A stretch of 64,000 bases of DNA from Octopus bimaculoides (Eukaryota), in contig NC_068983.1 in NCBI RefSeq assembly GCF_001194135.2, positions 136,527,047 through 136,591,046 on the forward strand. Direction: 5' to 3'. The translations under genes were made by a program, and so were the position numbers. Shown here in pieces: positions 25,049-36,476 of this stretch (the stretch's first letter is position 1; each line of letters opens with the position of its first letter). The notes below the pieces were generated by a model, which was not told where the DNA came from, searched no databases, and was given only the letters and a program-made list of their open reading frames with translations.

Positions 25049-25573
25049 TTTGAAATAAATCGAGAAAAAAAAGACAACTGATAAAGGAAACCTCTTTCTT
25101 CAGCAAAGAAACTTTCTACCAATATTTCTTCTCATCTACTTCCTCGTATTCTCCTCCCTGTTCATTTGTTATTTTTTTACAACCGTCTAGCTTGTCAGGT
25201 TCTGGCTCCAATGGACTTCATGGCTTTACAATGTATTTCCTGCTTTCATCTATTCTGTTGATTCAGTAATGTAAGTCTTCATTCATTCATGCAAAATAAA
25301 GATTAAAATTCTTGTTGAATTATTTTCTCATGCATTTAATCAGAATATATCTTATATATGGATTTGACCATCTGATCAAACTGGCACTTGTTTATCTTTT
25401 AGCTTTCTCTCTCTCTCTCTCCTATTTTTTAATAATTTCATTTGATGACATTTCTGTTGTTTTCTTTGTCATTGTCATCACAAACATCATCCTCAATAAC
25501 AGCAATGCCATCATTACTAGCACTGTTGACATCATTTCATTACTACATGTGTCACAAATAACTATTGTCATGT

Positions 25574-25794
25574 GGCGAGCTGACAGAAACGTTAGCATGC
25601 CGGGCGAAATACTTAGCAGTATTTCGTCTGCCGTAACGTTCTGAGTTCAAATTCCGCCGAGGTCGACTTTGCCTTTCATCCTTTCGGGGTCGATAAATTA
25701 AGTACCAGTTACGCACTGGGGTCGACTTAATCCCTTTGTCTGTCCTTGTTTGTCCCCTCTATGTTTAGCCCCTTGTAGGTAGTAAAGAAATAAG
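25574..25794 (+). mobile_element. tRNA-derived SINE with GCCTTTCATCCTTTCGGGGTCGATAAA central domain
   Basis: Head GGCGAGCTGACAGAA and B-box GAGTTCAAATTCC. The central domain resembles a MetaSINE-type core (from memory). Further copies near 28215-28365 (+), 44101-44313 (-) and 46320-46432 (-). Confidence 0.8.
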
Positions 25795-25865
25795 ACAACA
25801 CCAGTTGTCAAGCAGTGATGGGGTACAAAGACACACACACATACATATATGTAAGTATACATATA

Positions 25866-25882
25866 TATAAATGATGATGATA

Positions 25883-25946
<64 letters not shown>

Positions 25947-25950
25947 TATA
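25866..25950. repeat. (TA)n microsatellite
   Basis: Direct reading. Other (TA)n tracts near 21860, 29212, 30178, 39385, 50178 and 53900-54120. Confidence 0.97.
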
Positions 25951-28900
25951 GCTCTGTGTGTGTGCTTTGAGACATGGGGTGGTTAGGAAGGGTAGATGCC
26001 CTTCCTAACATAGCAACTTTACAGTGTACAAGGTGTTTTTTTTTTTTTTGTCACACCTGCATTAGTGAAGTCACCAAGTAACTCACAAGACAAAACCCCT
26101 CGACTGAATGAGGTATTGTATTGAGGAAAGTGGCTTTAAGCCAGGTGTTGAAAGATTAAAATGTGACAAGGGGACAGGAACAAGCTGTATAGGATATATA
26201 TGGCTACCCCAGCTAAAAAGAGAGAAAAGACACAGTCAGAGATTATCTTGAACAAAAATTTACCTAGTACTGCCAAGCTAGGGATGTCTGTAATTTGTCC
26301 ATAGTCTTCAGGCTGGATGTCCTCTGGAGTAGACTGTTAGGTTGACCTTTATCATTACTTATGATCGCCTCAAGAAGTTTGTCTTTTTCACCCACAACAG
26401 AACCAACAATTTTAATAATAAATTTTTTAAGTAATGGTTGTATATAATATGATGTAAATAAATGTTGATATGACTGATAGTGATTTGATTTGGTTTTAAA
26501 TTCTTTTCCATTTCATTAGCTTTTAAAAACTAAGATGTTTGATTCTAATTGTAAAAAAGGCTGTCCAAAAGCCTTGATAGGTTTTGTGAATGAAATTTCT
26601 GTTGTTTCAGTGGTTGTTACATAAATTAGACAAATGGTGAAGCAGAACAATAAAGAATTCACTTGCTGTTATTCTCATTTCAATAATAATACTCATACTA
26701 GTAAGACACAACAGTAAATGTAGTAATAAAAATGTTAATAGTAACAGTTGTCCTACTATTAAATTGATAGTACTAGTAATGGGGATAGTAGTGGTAGTAA
26801 TAATAATAATGCCTGAGTGTGTCTTGTATCGATTATCACTCTTCCTTACCACGCCCTCATATCCGTTCCCCATTCCATTTCTGATATTGTCATGGAGACA
26901 GAAGTAAATATATTTGACCAGTATCACAAAACTGAAATGCTTGCGTCACAGTAAACTTGACAGTACTGTTCTCAGATAACTTAGTTGTGAATGGTACTAG
27001 AGAGCTTGTGTGTGTGTGCACGTGCACATGTGTGTGTGTGCACATGCATGTGTGTGCAAGTGAGTGTAATTGTGTTTCTGCATTGGTGTGCATATTTGTG
27101 TCAGTGTGTGTATATGTTAGTGTACGTGGGTGTGCAAAATACAATATCCTTTGAACTTGCTATGGCATGTCCTTGTGTGGCTTAGCTGCTAGCTTTGCTT
27201 TTTACAATTAACAGTGAGAGAGGGAGATATGTGTGAGATGCACACTATATTCAGCCAGCCAGTCAGCCATGCTGACAGACATACTAACAGATAATAACGC
27301 AGCCAGCCAGTCTTCATTTCTAGTCATTTGTGATAGCTGAAACAATATTGAATTCATACTGACTGATGCAGCTCCTCCCATTGAAAAAATTAAAAATAAC
27401 TAAGTAGACAGATAAATAAATATGAAAACAAATGTATGAATATAAGTAAAAGATACATCAGGTTTAATATAGGAAGAGTATAGGAAAAGGTATTTGGAAG
27501 AAAGAAGAAATAGTTCATTTACAATGTGTAAGACACAGGCTTAAATTTGAAAAGAAAATCATAAATTAGAAAGAATAAGACATTCTCACAATTCTGGTGG
27601 TTTATCAGAAAGATGTTGGGGTTGTTTTGAAACATGCATGTAAAAAGGAAATATTGGTATAAATCTATTTAAAAGCATCACTGCTGCTCTTGCTCATGCT
27701 ACTGTTACTACAGCTGTTGCTGTTTGTGTTACTATTGTTGATGCCGCTAAAGCTTTTCATCATAGCAACAGCTACCACCATCAGTGGAGCTTATGATCTT
27801 ACACTTGCTTTAAATATTGTGCTTGCAAAAAATATACGTATTCTCCTTTTTTTCCTTTCTCTGAGAAAATAAATAGTAAAATATATTATCAAGGGATTCA
27901 TAATAATTTTTGGATGGAAACATTACTGTTTAGCTGTGAACTATTTTATTCTGAGTTGAAATTCTCCTGGAGTTGATTTCACATATTTATCCGTTTGCAG
28001 CCAACAAAATAAGAATCAGTCAAATATTGAGGTTGATTCCATGTACTTCCTCCAAGTTAATCATTATTCTGCCATGGTTGAGTTTGTCGGTCATTCTTTT
28101 GGAGTCAGTAAAATAAGCACTAGTTGATCACTGGGGTTGATGTAATTGACTTACTCCCTCCCCCGAAAATGTGAAGCCAGTGTTGTTGTTGTTGCTATTG
28201 CTGCTGTTGTTGTTAAGGCAGTGAGCTGGCAGAATCATTAGTGTGTCAGACAATGCTTTCCAACATTTCTTCTGGCTCTTCACATTCTGAATTTAAATTC
28301 CACCGAGGCTACTGTGCCTTTCATCCTTACAAAGTCAATAAAATAAAGTACCAGTCAAGTTAATTGATTAATGCTCTTGTGTTAAAATTTCTGTATTTGT
28401 ACCTAAATCAGAAGCCATTATTATTAGTCTTTCAGCCTTCCAGTGTCGATAAAGTAAGTATTAGTAATAAACTAGATTCAATGTAATTGACTAGACCCGA
28501 CACCTAAACTGATAGCTTCATACATATGTTAGAAATCATTGTTATGATAGTAATAGAATGACAGAAATAGTAGTGGAAGAAATGACTTGTGATATTTCAA
28601 AACATCCTTTTACAATCTGTGTTCAGTTTCTACCAGAATCAGTAAGCTCTTTTATTCTTCAAGGGTTGATAAAACAAGGACCAGTAATGTAAGTTATACT
28701 CATGCCCTGCAAATGGGTGAACTTGTGCCAATGCAAAAAAATATAATCTTTTGCCTACATATATATATATATATGTATGTATGTATATGTATGTGTGTGT
28801 GTGTGTGTGTGTACCCTCACACACATACACTCTACACCTGGCAGATACTTTCATCTAAAACAAATAAACTGAAATTGAAGAAAAGGTGTAAAGATTGACA

Positions 28901-29207
28901 AATCTGAATGTTCCAAAATGAGAAAATATGGCAAGGTGGCTTTTTAGATTCTGTACAAAATGATACTTTATTTAATGTTTCTGATGGGTGTTTTATCAGT
29001 TGCTGATACTGGAATCTGGAAATATGAGTAAACATGAAAATTTCCCCTTCCCTGTAACAGATTCTTTTTAATGTTTCACTTAGTGTCTACAATGAACCTC
29101 ATTAAACAGTCATTGATATATATACACTTTATGTATTTGTGTGTGTGTGCGTGTGCATTTGTGTGTAAAAGTGAGGCAGAGAAGAGGAGAGAGAGAATCT
29201 GTGTGCA

Positions 29208-29262
<55 letters not shown>

Positions 29263-29589
29263 TATGTACATGCCCGTATCACATTTATATAATGAAATCT
29301 TGCATAGGTGCATCTCTGTCAACACAGTTAAAATTCTCCCAAAATGTGTGGATTTATTAAGGATATTTTTGTCAATACTATAACACAGTGTTATGGCAAA
29401 TATAGCAGAACACCAAACTAGACTCTTTACATTAAATGGTTTCAAATCTTAAAGGAGTTGGTTCATAAAACAAGTACCAGACATGTACTCATGTTGATTC
29501 AATTGACCAAGGTTCGTGCTTTTAAATTTACAACATTGTGAGAATGAGAGAAATGAACATTCTCTTCATGTTTAATTTCTTTGTAATAT

Positions 29590-29930
29590 GATCTGGCAAT
29601 GTTTCTACAGCTGGATGCCCTTCTTAATGCCAACCACTGCAAGAGTGTAGTGGCTGCTTTTTACGTGCCACTGGCATGGGAGTCAGTCAGGTGGCACTGG
29701 CATCAGTCACATTCGGATGGTGCTTTTTATGTGCTAATGGTACAGGAGCCAGTTAAGGCTGGGGGGTGCTGGCATCAACCACGTTCGGATGGTGCTTTTT
29801 ACATGCCACCAGCACGGGGAGCCAGTTAGGCGCACTGGCAATGACCCACACATGAATGGTGCTTATTACGTGCCACCAGCATGGGAGCCAGTCAGGCTGC
29901 ACTGGCATCAGTCACAACTACAATTTCCAT
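29590..29930 (-). mobile_element. RTE 3' UTR fragment (tandem-repeat part, no tail)
   Basis: TTTCTACAGCTGGATGCCCTTC core followed by about four GGTGCTTTTTACGTGCCAC units. Confidence 0.8.
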
Positions 29931-30175
29931 TTTTGATTTCGATTTGTTTGTTAATTGTCTATTTTAGACCCCACATACTTTCTCTTCTATAAAGTGGAAT
30001 GTACAACTTGAAAACACCAACAGTTGAACTTAGTAGGTTATGTCCCTGGTTGACCATCTGAATTATGCCTTAAGATGGTAGTATGGTTAAACATTAAGTA
30101 ATCTTTTATGACTGAATTGAATAAAATTCTACTGAAACAGCCATCACTAATTTAGATGCCATTTTTGTGTTACTT

Positions 30176-30208
<33 letters not shown>

Positions 30209-30216
<8 letters not shown>

Positions 30217-31983
30217 CCAAAATGTATACTATTAAATATCCATCACGGATGGTCTTACCAACTGGTTTTGTGTAAATAATACAATGGAGTGTTAGGTAAC
30301 AAACTGATTATGTAAGTTTACACTCATCAGAGTTAGCCAATATGGAAGGAAATATGGTGTCTGCTCTCTATTATCAGAGGTGGATTAGCACAACTGGTCA
30401 GCGGTTACTGTGAAAAAGGTGGTGGAATGAAAAAGGAACCAGGGGATTAGTTTAGAAGTTATGTCCCTTGGTTGGGTATGGTGTGAAACCGGCAAGAGTT
30501 ATGTTGGAGTGATGAAAGTGTGTATTATTAATGTGGTGCTCTTGTGGGGATGGGGTATGTGTTATGTCTAGCAGGTATGTGGTATGTGTAGCGGTGTCAT
30601 ATGCATAATTTTTTTAGGGGGATGTAGGTATATATAGCTGTGTTCATTGGTCTGTTTTCTTTCTGTAAAGGATAAAGTCATGGGGGAAGAGGTTATCTTA
30701 GTGTGCAGTGTGTAATGTGTATATGTGGGGGTACAATTTGTGTGGAGGGGTATGTGTTGGGGTGGGGTGAAGATATTTTATTTTGTGAGTTGTCCACCTT
30801 ATAGGGGTGTGTACTTGTGTTACAGGGGTGCCTTAGTGTATGCTTTGGTCAAACTCTTTGCTGAGCTCAAGGGCATTGGTGGAAGGTCAAAGCAGGTGAC
30901 CTGTGGTTGCAGTCATGGTGGGGTGCACAAGTATGATAGAATGTACTTCCTTTTATGTGAGCAAGGATTAAACACCTCTCTCATGCTATTCAGGTAAACA
31001 TCCGGGCATTGCAGCCAAGTATAATCTGCACTTCCTGCTGTTATTGAAGTATGGTTTGCATCTTTCTAGGATCTTCCACTTTATGCTGTACTCCATGGCA
31101 ATTTCTTTCAAAGTCCAGATGTGCTTGGCGAGAGTTGTGATGTTACATCTCTCTGGGATGTTGAATGAGGACTTGTGGTTATCAAAGCAGGTTCTGAAGG
31201 GGCCTTCTGTTGCCCCCACATACATCTGCACACTCAGTTGTCCATTGGGTCCTGTTGCTGTTACTTCTGCCTTATAAACAACTGTTTCCATATTGCAGTG
31301 GCTGTTTAGTGAACAAGTTGTGTTACCCCAATTGAGCATCTTTTTTTACACTAGGTGCACAACTAAAGGATAATCTCTGGGTATGTCTATTAAATGTTTT
31401 GTTGAATTTATTGGTTCGAGGGAAGTGTCTATTCAATTGTCAAAGGTGGATTAGCACAATCGGTCAGCAGTTGCTATGAAAAAGGTGGTGGAATGAAAAA
31501 GTGACTAGGAGATTAGTTTAGGAGTTATGTCTTTTGGTTGGGTATGCTGTGAAGCCGACAAGAGTTATGTTGAAGTGGGGAAAGTGTGTATTATTAATGT
31601 GGTGCTCCTGTGGGGATGGGGTGTGTGGTATACACCACTACACATACCGCACACCCCATCCTCACAGGAACACCACATTAATAATACACACTTTCCCCAC
31701 TCCAAGATAACTCTTGCCGGCTTCACACCATACCCAACCAAGGGACATCACTCCTAAACTAATCCCCTGACCCCTTTTTCATAGCAACCACTGACCAGTT
31801 GTGCTAATTCACCTCTGATAATAGAGAGCAGTCACCATATTCCCTTCCATATTGGCTAACTCTGATGAGTGTAAAGTTATATAATTGTTTTTTTATCTAA
31901 CACTCCATTGTATTCTTTATGCAAAACCAATTGGTAAGACCAGCCATGATGGATATTTAATACTATACATTTCAGATAATATA
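30209..31983 (-). mobile_element. Penelope-like element (Penelope/Poseidon type), 5'-truncated, with direct and inverted pLTR copies
   Basis: Minus strand gives LNRHFPRTNKFNKTFNRHTQRLSFSC and GIY-YIG VYKAEV..YVGATEGPFRTCFDNHKSSF..TTLAKHIWTLK..YSIKWKILE. pLTR at 30209-30597, direct partial copy at 31443-31631, inverted copy at 31632-31983. Confidence 0.92.
31846..31953 (+). ncRNA. Type I hammerhead ribozyme relic in a Penelope pLTR (second copy 30239-30346 on minus)
   Basis: CTGATGA at 31862, stem II GTGTAAA/TTTACAC (perfect in the 30239 copy), palindromic stem III ACCAATTGGT, GTA site. G12 reads A in both copies. Confidence 0.7.
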
Positions 31984-32055
31984 CTCACTCTGCAGACAGA
32001 TATATGAGTGCATCTTTTCCCTGACTTATGGTCTCTTTGACAACTCATGCACATG

Positions 32056-32087
<32 letters not shown>

Positions 32088-35000
32088 CACATATACATGC
32101 GCGCACACGCACACACACACACACATGCATATACTTTATACTGCTAGCCATCACTGTTTCTCCTCCAAGCATGTAGTTGTCATTAGTGTTTCTCTTTCAT
32201 TACTTCTAGCTCTGCCTCTTTGATTATTTCCTTTTCTACCACCTTCTTATTTCAAATAGTAAAGCCTTTAGTCTTTGGAATACATGGTAACATACCAGTG
32301 CTGGAGCCATGATAAAATGCACTTAATACATTCTGGCAAGTAGTTGGCAAATAAGCAAAGACAGTGAAGGATCAGGAGGACATTTTAATCTTGTCAAAAA
32401 CATGATAGCTCTTTTAGTGTTGATGGTTCATTAAGAAAGGCATCCTACAGTAGAAACCAAACTTTGTTCTTCTTATTTGCCCCATGACAACTATCCAGTC
32501 TATGCTAATTTGAGAAGTGGGTCTAAAATGATGATGATGATGATTATATGTGTGCGTGTGTATGTGTCTGTGTGAATGTATATTTCTGAGTAAAAAGCTA
32601 TATATGTAAAAAGTATCCGAATTTCTGTGTCTCTGTATAAATATATGTATGTATATTATCTTGATAGAATTACCAATGCAGTGATTGTAGTAACCCTATA
32701 TAACAATTATCCAACTAATGGAGTTAATAGCTATTAATTTATACATTTAATGATCAATTTTGTAGAATCTGGATGTACTTAATGCACTGGTCATCAGCAT
32801 GTCGCAGAAGAATTAAATTTTCATAAATCCCAGTATGCATCATATTCACTAGTCTCTATCGCATATTTTATGTCATTCAACGTCCATCAGGAATATACCA
32901 TTGTATAGTGGTATGTGTTAATATGCACTACGCAATACCTAATGGATGATAGTTAAGACTTGTTGTTGTTGTTATTGTTTATTCATTTTAAAAAGTACTG
33001 TAATGTAGTTGAAGGTAAGTTCTTGGGAATTGAGACAATGATCTAATTGTCAATCATTTGGTTGCAATCACAAGGATAGTTTTATTGTTTAGAAGTTCAC
33101 TTCACATCACACATGGTTCTGGATTCAATTTTTCTGAATACTTCTTTGGGCAAATGACTTCTGTAACATACTTGGGTTGACCAATGGTTTATGAATGAAA
33201 TTTGCTGGACAGAATCTATCGGGAGGCCCACCATTTATTTATGAGTATGTTTATATCTTGTGTTGTTGTATATGAGTGAAAGGTGTAAACAACATGAAAA
33301 ACTATAAGCAGTTATGTTCAAAGTAAAATATAAACCTTGTGCTATTTATTTTACATGAGATATCCTCATCATTCTTGCCATTAGAAATGCAATGAGCCAG
33401 TACTAGCTGTTGAAAGCCTATAACTAATGATGCTATTGTTCATAAAAGTGCTTAATATGAAAAAATAATCAATAACTATTTGTCACAATTAGTATCCCTT
33501 CTTGAAAATCATAGCTGCTTTCATATGGGGGTGGAGAAGTAACAGTAAAATACTTCAGTATATGCTACATATCTCACCTTTATACTCTTCCCTGACATAG
33601 CCACAGCAAGCTATATATGAATATGATATGCTTTTAAAAAAGAGAAAAAGACAAAAACAAATATGATTTCAGATAGTCATAACTACTTGAATCAATAACA
33701 TGCCAACCAGATGGCTAAAGGGTTGACTATTTGTATCTAATTACAGACTATATATTGAGTTTCTGGCAAAGACACTTGAAACTCCATAGCCCACTGAACT
33801 TAGATGTAAATATAAGACAATAGGAAGTTAAAACTTTCCTACTACCTACAAAGTAAGCATTGTATAACTAACTAATGAGAGTGTATTCTAGTTTAAAGCA
33901 ATTGAAGAAAATGTTATGAGGAAATGAAACATACATTTGAAACAACATACTGGGGTGAATTGTTAGGTAAGATCATATTGATATATTATATGATAGCATT
34001 TTTAGTTTCAAAATAAGGATAAATATTTATCCTATTTACTTATACTGTAAATAATCACTTATTTGAACATTCATGATTGTGTCAATCAATGAATGGATTA
34101 CCAGCCCTATTAACTTCATGAGGTATTAGAATTATGTATAGTGCTATTTTGATTTTCCTCAGATATCAAATGCTACAACCAGGAATCAAAGCTAGATCAA
34201 ACGTTCACTGGATCTTACATTTTGCACGCCCTTTTCTTGTTTTCTTTATTTACTTGGTTTTCTTTTCTTTTTTTCTAAATTTTATTTATTTACAAATAGT
34301 AGTAAGTATATAGGATAAATGTTAGTTTGGCTTTTATAGAATAGTCAAAATGTTGGCTGTATTGCTTATTATAAAGACATGGATTCCAGCTGCCACAATA
34401 TGACATCTTGTAATGTGCTAATGTTTACCAGGCTTAAGAGTTACTGCAACTGTAGTAATGTATTACTCATCAGAGTACATCGATTCTGGGTAGAATTTTG
34501 TGTGGTAGGTTACAGAAAAATGGAAGGAACCTTATATTCTTTGGGGATTTTTCATGAATTCTTTTTCTTATTTCCTCTCATCTATTTCTTCTATTTTCTG
34601 TCGTGTTCTATCTAATTCATTCTTTCAAGGTTGGTAGCAGTGAAGTTTCTGTTACTAATGTTATATCTAAAAGGATAAAATGTGTTGTGCTTTTGAGTAG
34701 AACATTTTATTTCACATTGTTCCAGTCCAATCAGCTGGCAAAAATTAGTAATCCTGCAATGGACCAGCATTCCATCAAGTGGGGAATATGTATGCCACAG
34801 AATCTGAGAAACTGACCTTATGAATCTATAACTCGGGAAGGGTCTTTAATCTTGTTTTCTTTTTACATATATATTTTTAAGTATCTATCTTTAGTGTAAA
34901 ACAATAAACCCTGAGATCAGTTGTAAAGTAAACAACATATTGACTTCAAGTGTTTACAGAACTTGTGACAGATAATTTCTATAAATCTGAGTAGACAAGA

Positions 35001-36404
35001 ACAAAACAAATGAATCACTGTGTTGGTATATTAATTTTTACCACAAATGTTTGCAGATTTTGCAACATAATTTTTTCTCAAGTTGTTTAGCTTAACTAAG
35101 TTTCAGTTTACATGAAAATTGGTCTCAGTTCTGAGACGTTAATCTGGGACTAACTAGTCACCTATCCATGAGGATATTTTTTTCATAATAGATTAAGAAT
35201 TACAAATGCTAAGCAGTAGATTTAAATGCAAATCATTCTAGCTCTTGAAGCAGGGTATGATACCATGCATAAACACTAGAAACCTCACTTAACAAAGCAG
35301 GCACTACTCAGTTGTTCACTATCTGACCACAGTAGCGACCTAATCACCCTCAACAAAATAGATGTATATTTGTCTTGACAGTAGGTAGGCACAGCTACAA
35401 AGGTTGAAGCATGTTTCACATTATAAGCTACAATTATGATGTAGTTCAAGATGCGTTGGTGTATGTTATTCAACGAAACAACAATAGAGTCAACAATGCA
35501 GATCATTTGCAGGGCCAAATATTACTCATATTGTCTTCCCTCATTTTATTATTTAAAAAGGTATAAACAAAAAGCAAATCAGTAAATTACCAAAGGGATT
35601 GCAAGTTAGTAATTTTTGATGGTAGGAATAGAGTCATATAAGGTAAAAGAAAAGATAGGGAATAAAATTGTACTTCACTGTCTTGAGATCTGATTAATTT
35701 GACATTTAATACTAACTTTTTCATGAGTCAAAAAATATTCTAGTGATAGTTTGCTCAGCACGTTTTAGCATCTTATAAAATGCATATTTATCAACTATAC
35801 ATAATCACACAGGAATTCATCTAATATGTAAATTGGTATACCTAATAACTTAACACCACTATATGCAGTGGCTATATAATCAATGTGTTTGAAGACAGAT
35901 GTGAGTTAGATGGGTGCTGATGAAGGGGCAACAACCCTTGAAATACACTCATTACCCACTTTTTGTCTCTGATCTCATTGCTTGTTTAAATCTAACATCT
36001 TGATATGAAACATAGCAAAAATCAGTGCTGGCTATAGTTTCTACAGAATATCTATAGAAACAACCTTAAAAATAGTTTTTATTAAGTTTATTTTCCAGCA
36101 ACCACCTTTGTTACTGTCAATTTCTCATTTTCTGATACTTATCTTTAGTGCTACTCATCACTCTCACATTACTACCTCCTCTTTCATTTAAGGCATCCTT
36201 TACTTATCGCTATCATACCCATCCATTGCTGTCTCTTCTACCAATCCTTCTCTCTTCCATCATGTTGCTTTGGCATGTTCTGAGTTAAACATCTATTTGT
36301 TGGAGTTGTTTTATATTTACACTAAAATCTCTCTAGCTCATATTTCTTATACTTTACTTTTACCAACAAGCATCATGTGACACTTTCTGTCTCTTTCTTT
36401 TCTC

Positions 36405-36413
36405 TTCCTCTCT

Positions 36414-36470
<57 letters not shown>
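36405..36470. repeat. (CT)n microsatellite
   Basis: Direct reading. Confidence 0.97.

Positions 36471-36476
<6 letters not shown>

Noticed and set aside
27144-27152. Perfect U12 donor ATATCCTTT inside the large intron
   Set aside because: It follows TG-rich non-coding sequence, and about one chance hit is expected in 64 kb of this composition.
34440-34480. Minus-strand CTGATGA followed by a GTAAT/ATTAC stem
   Set aside because: No GAAA after stem II.
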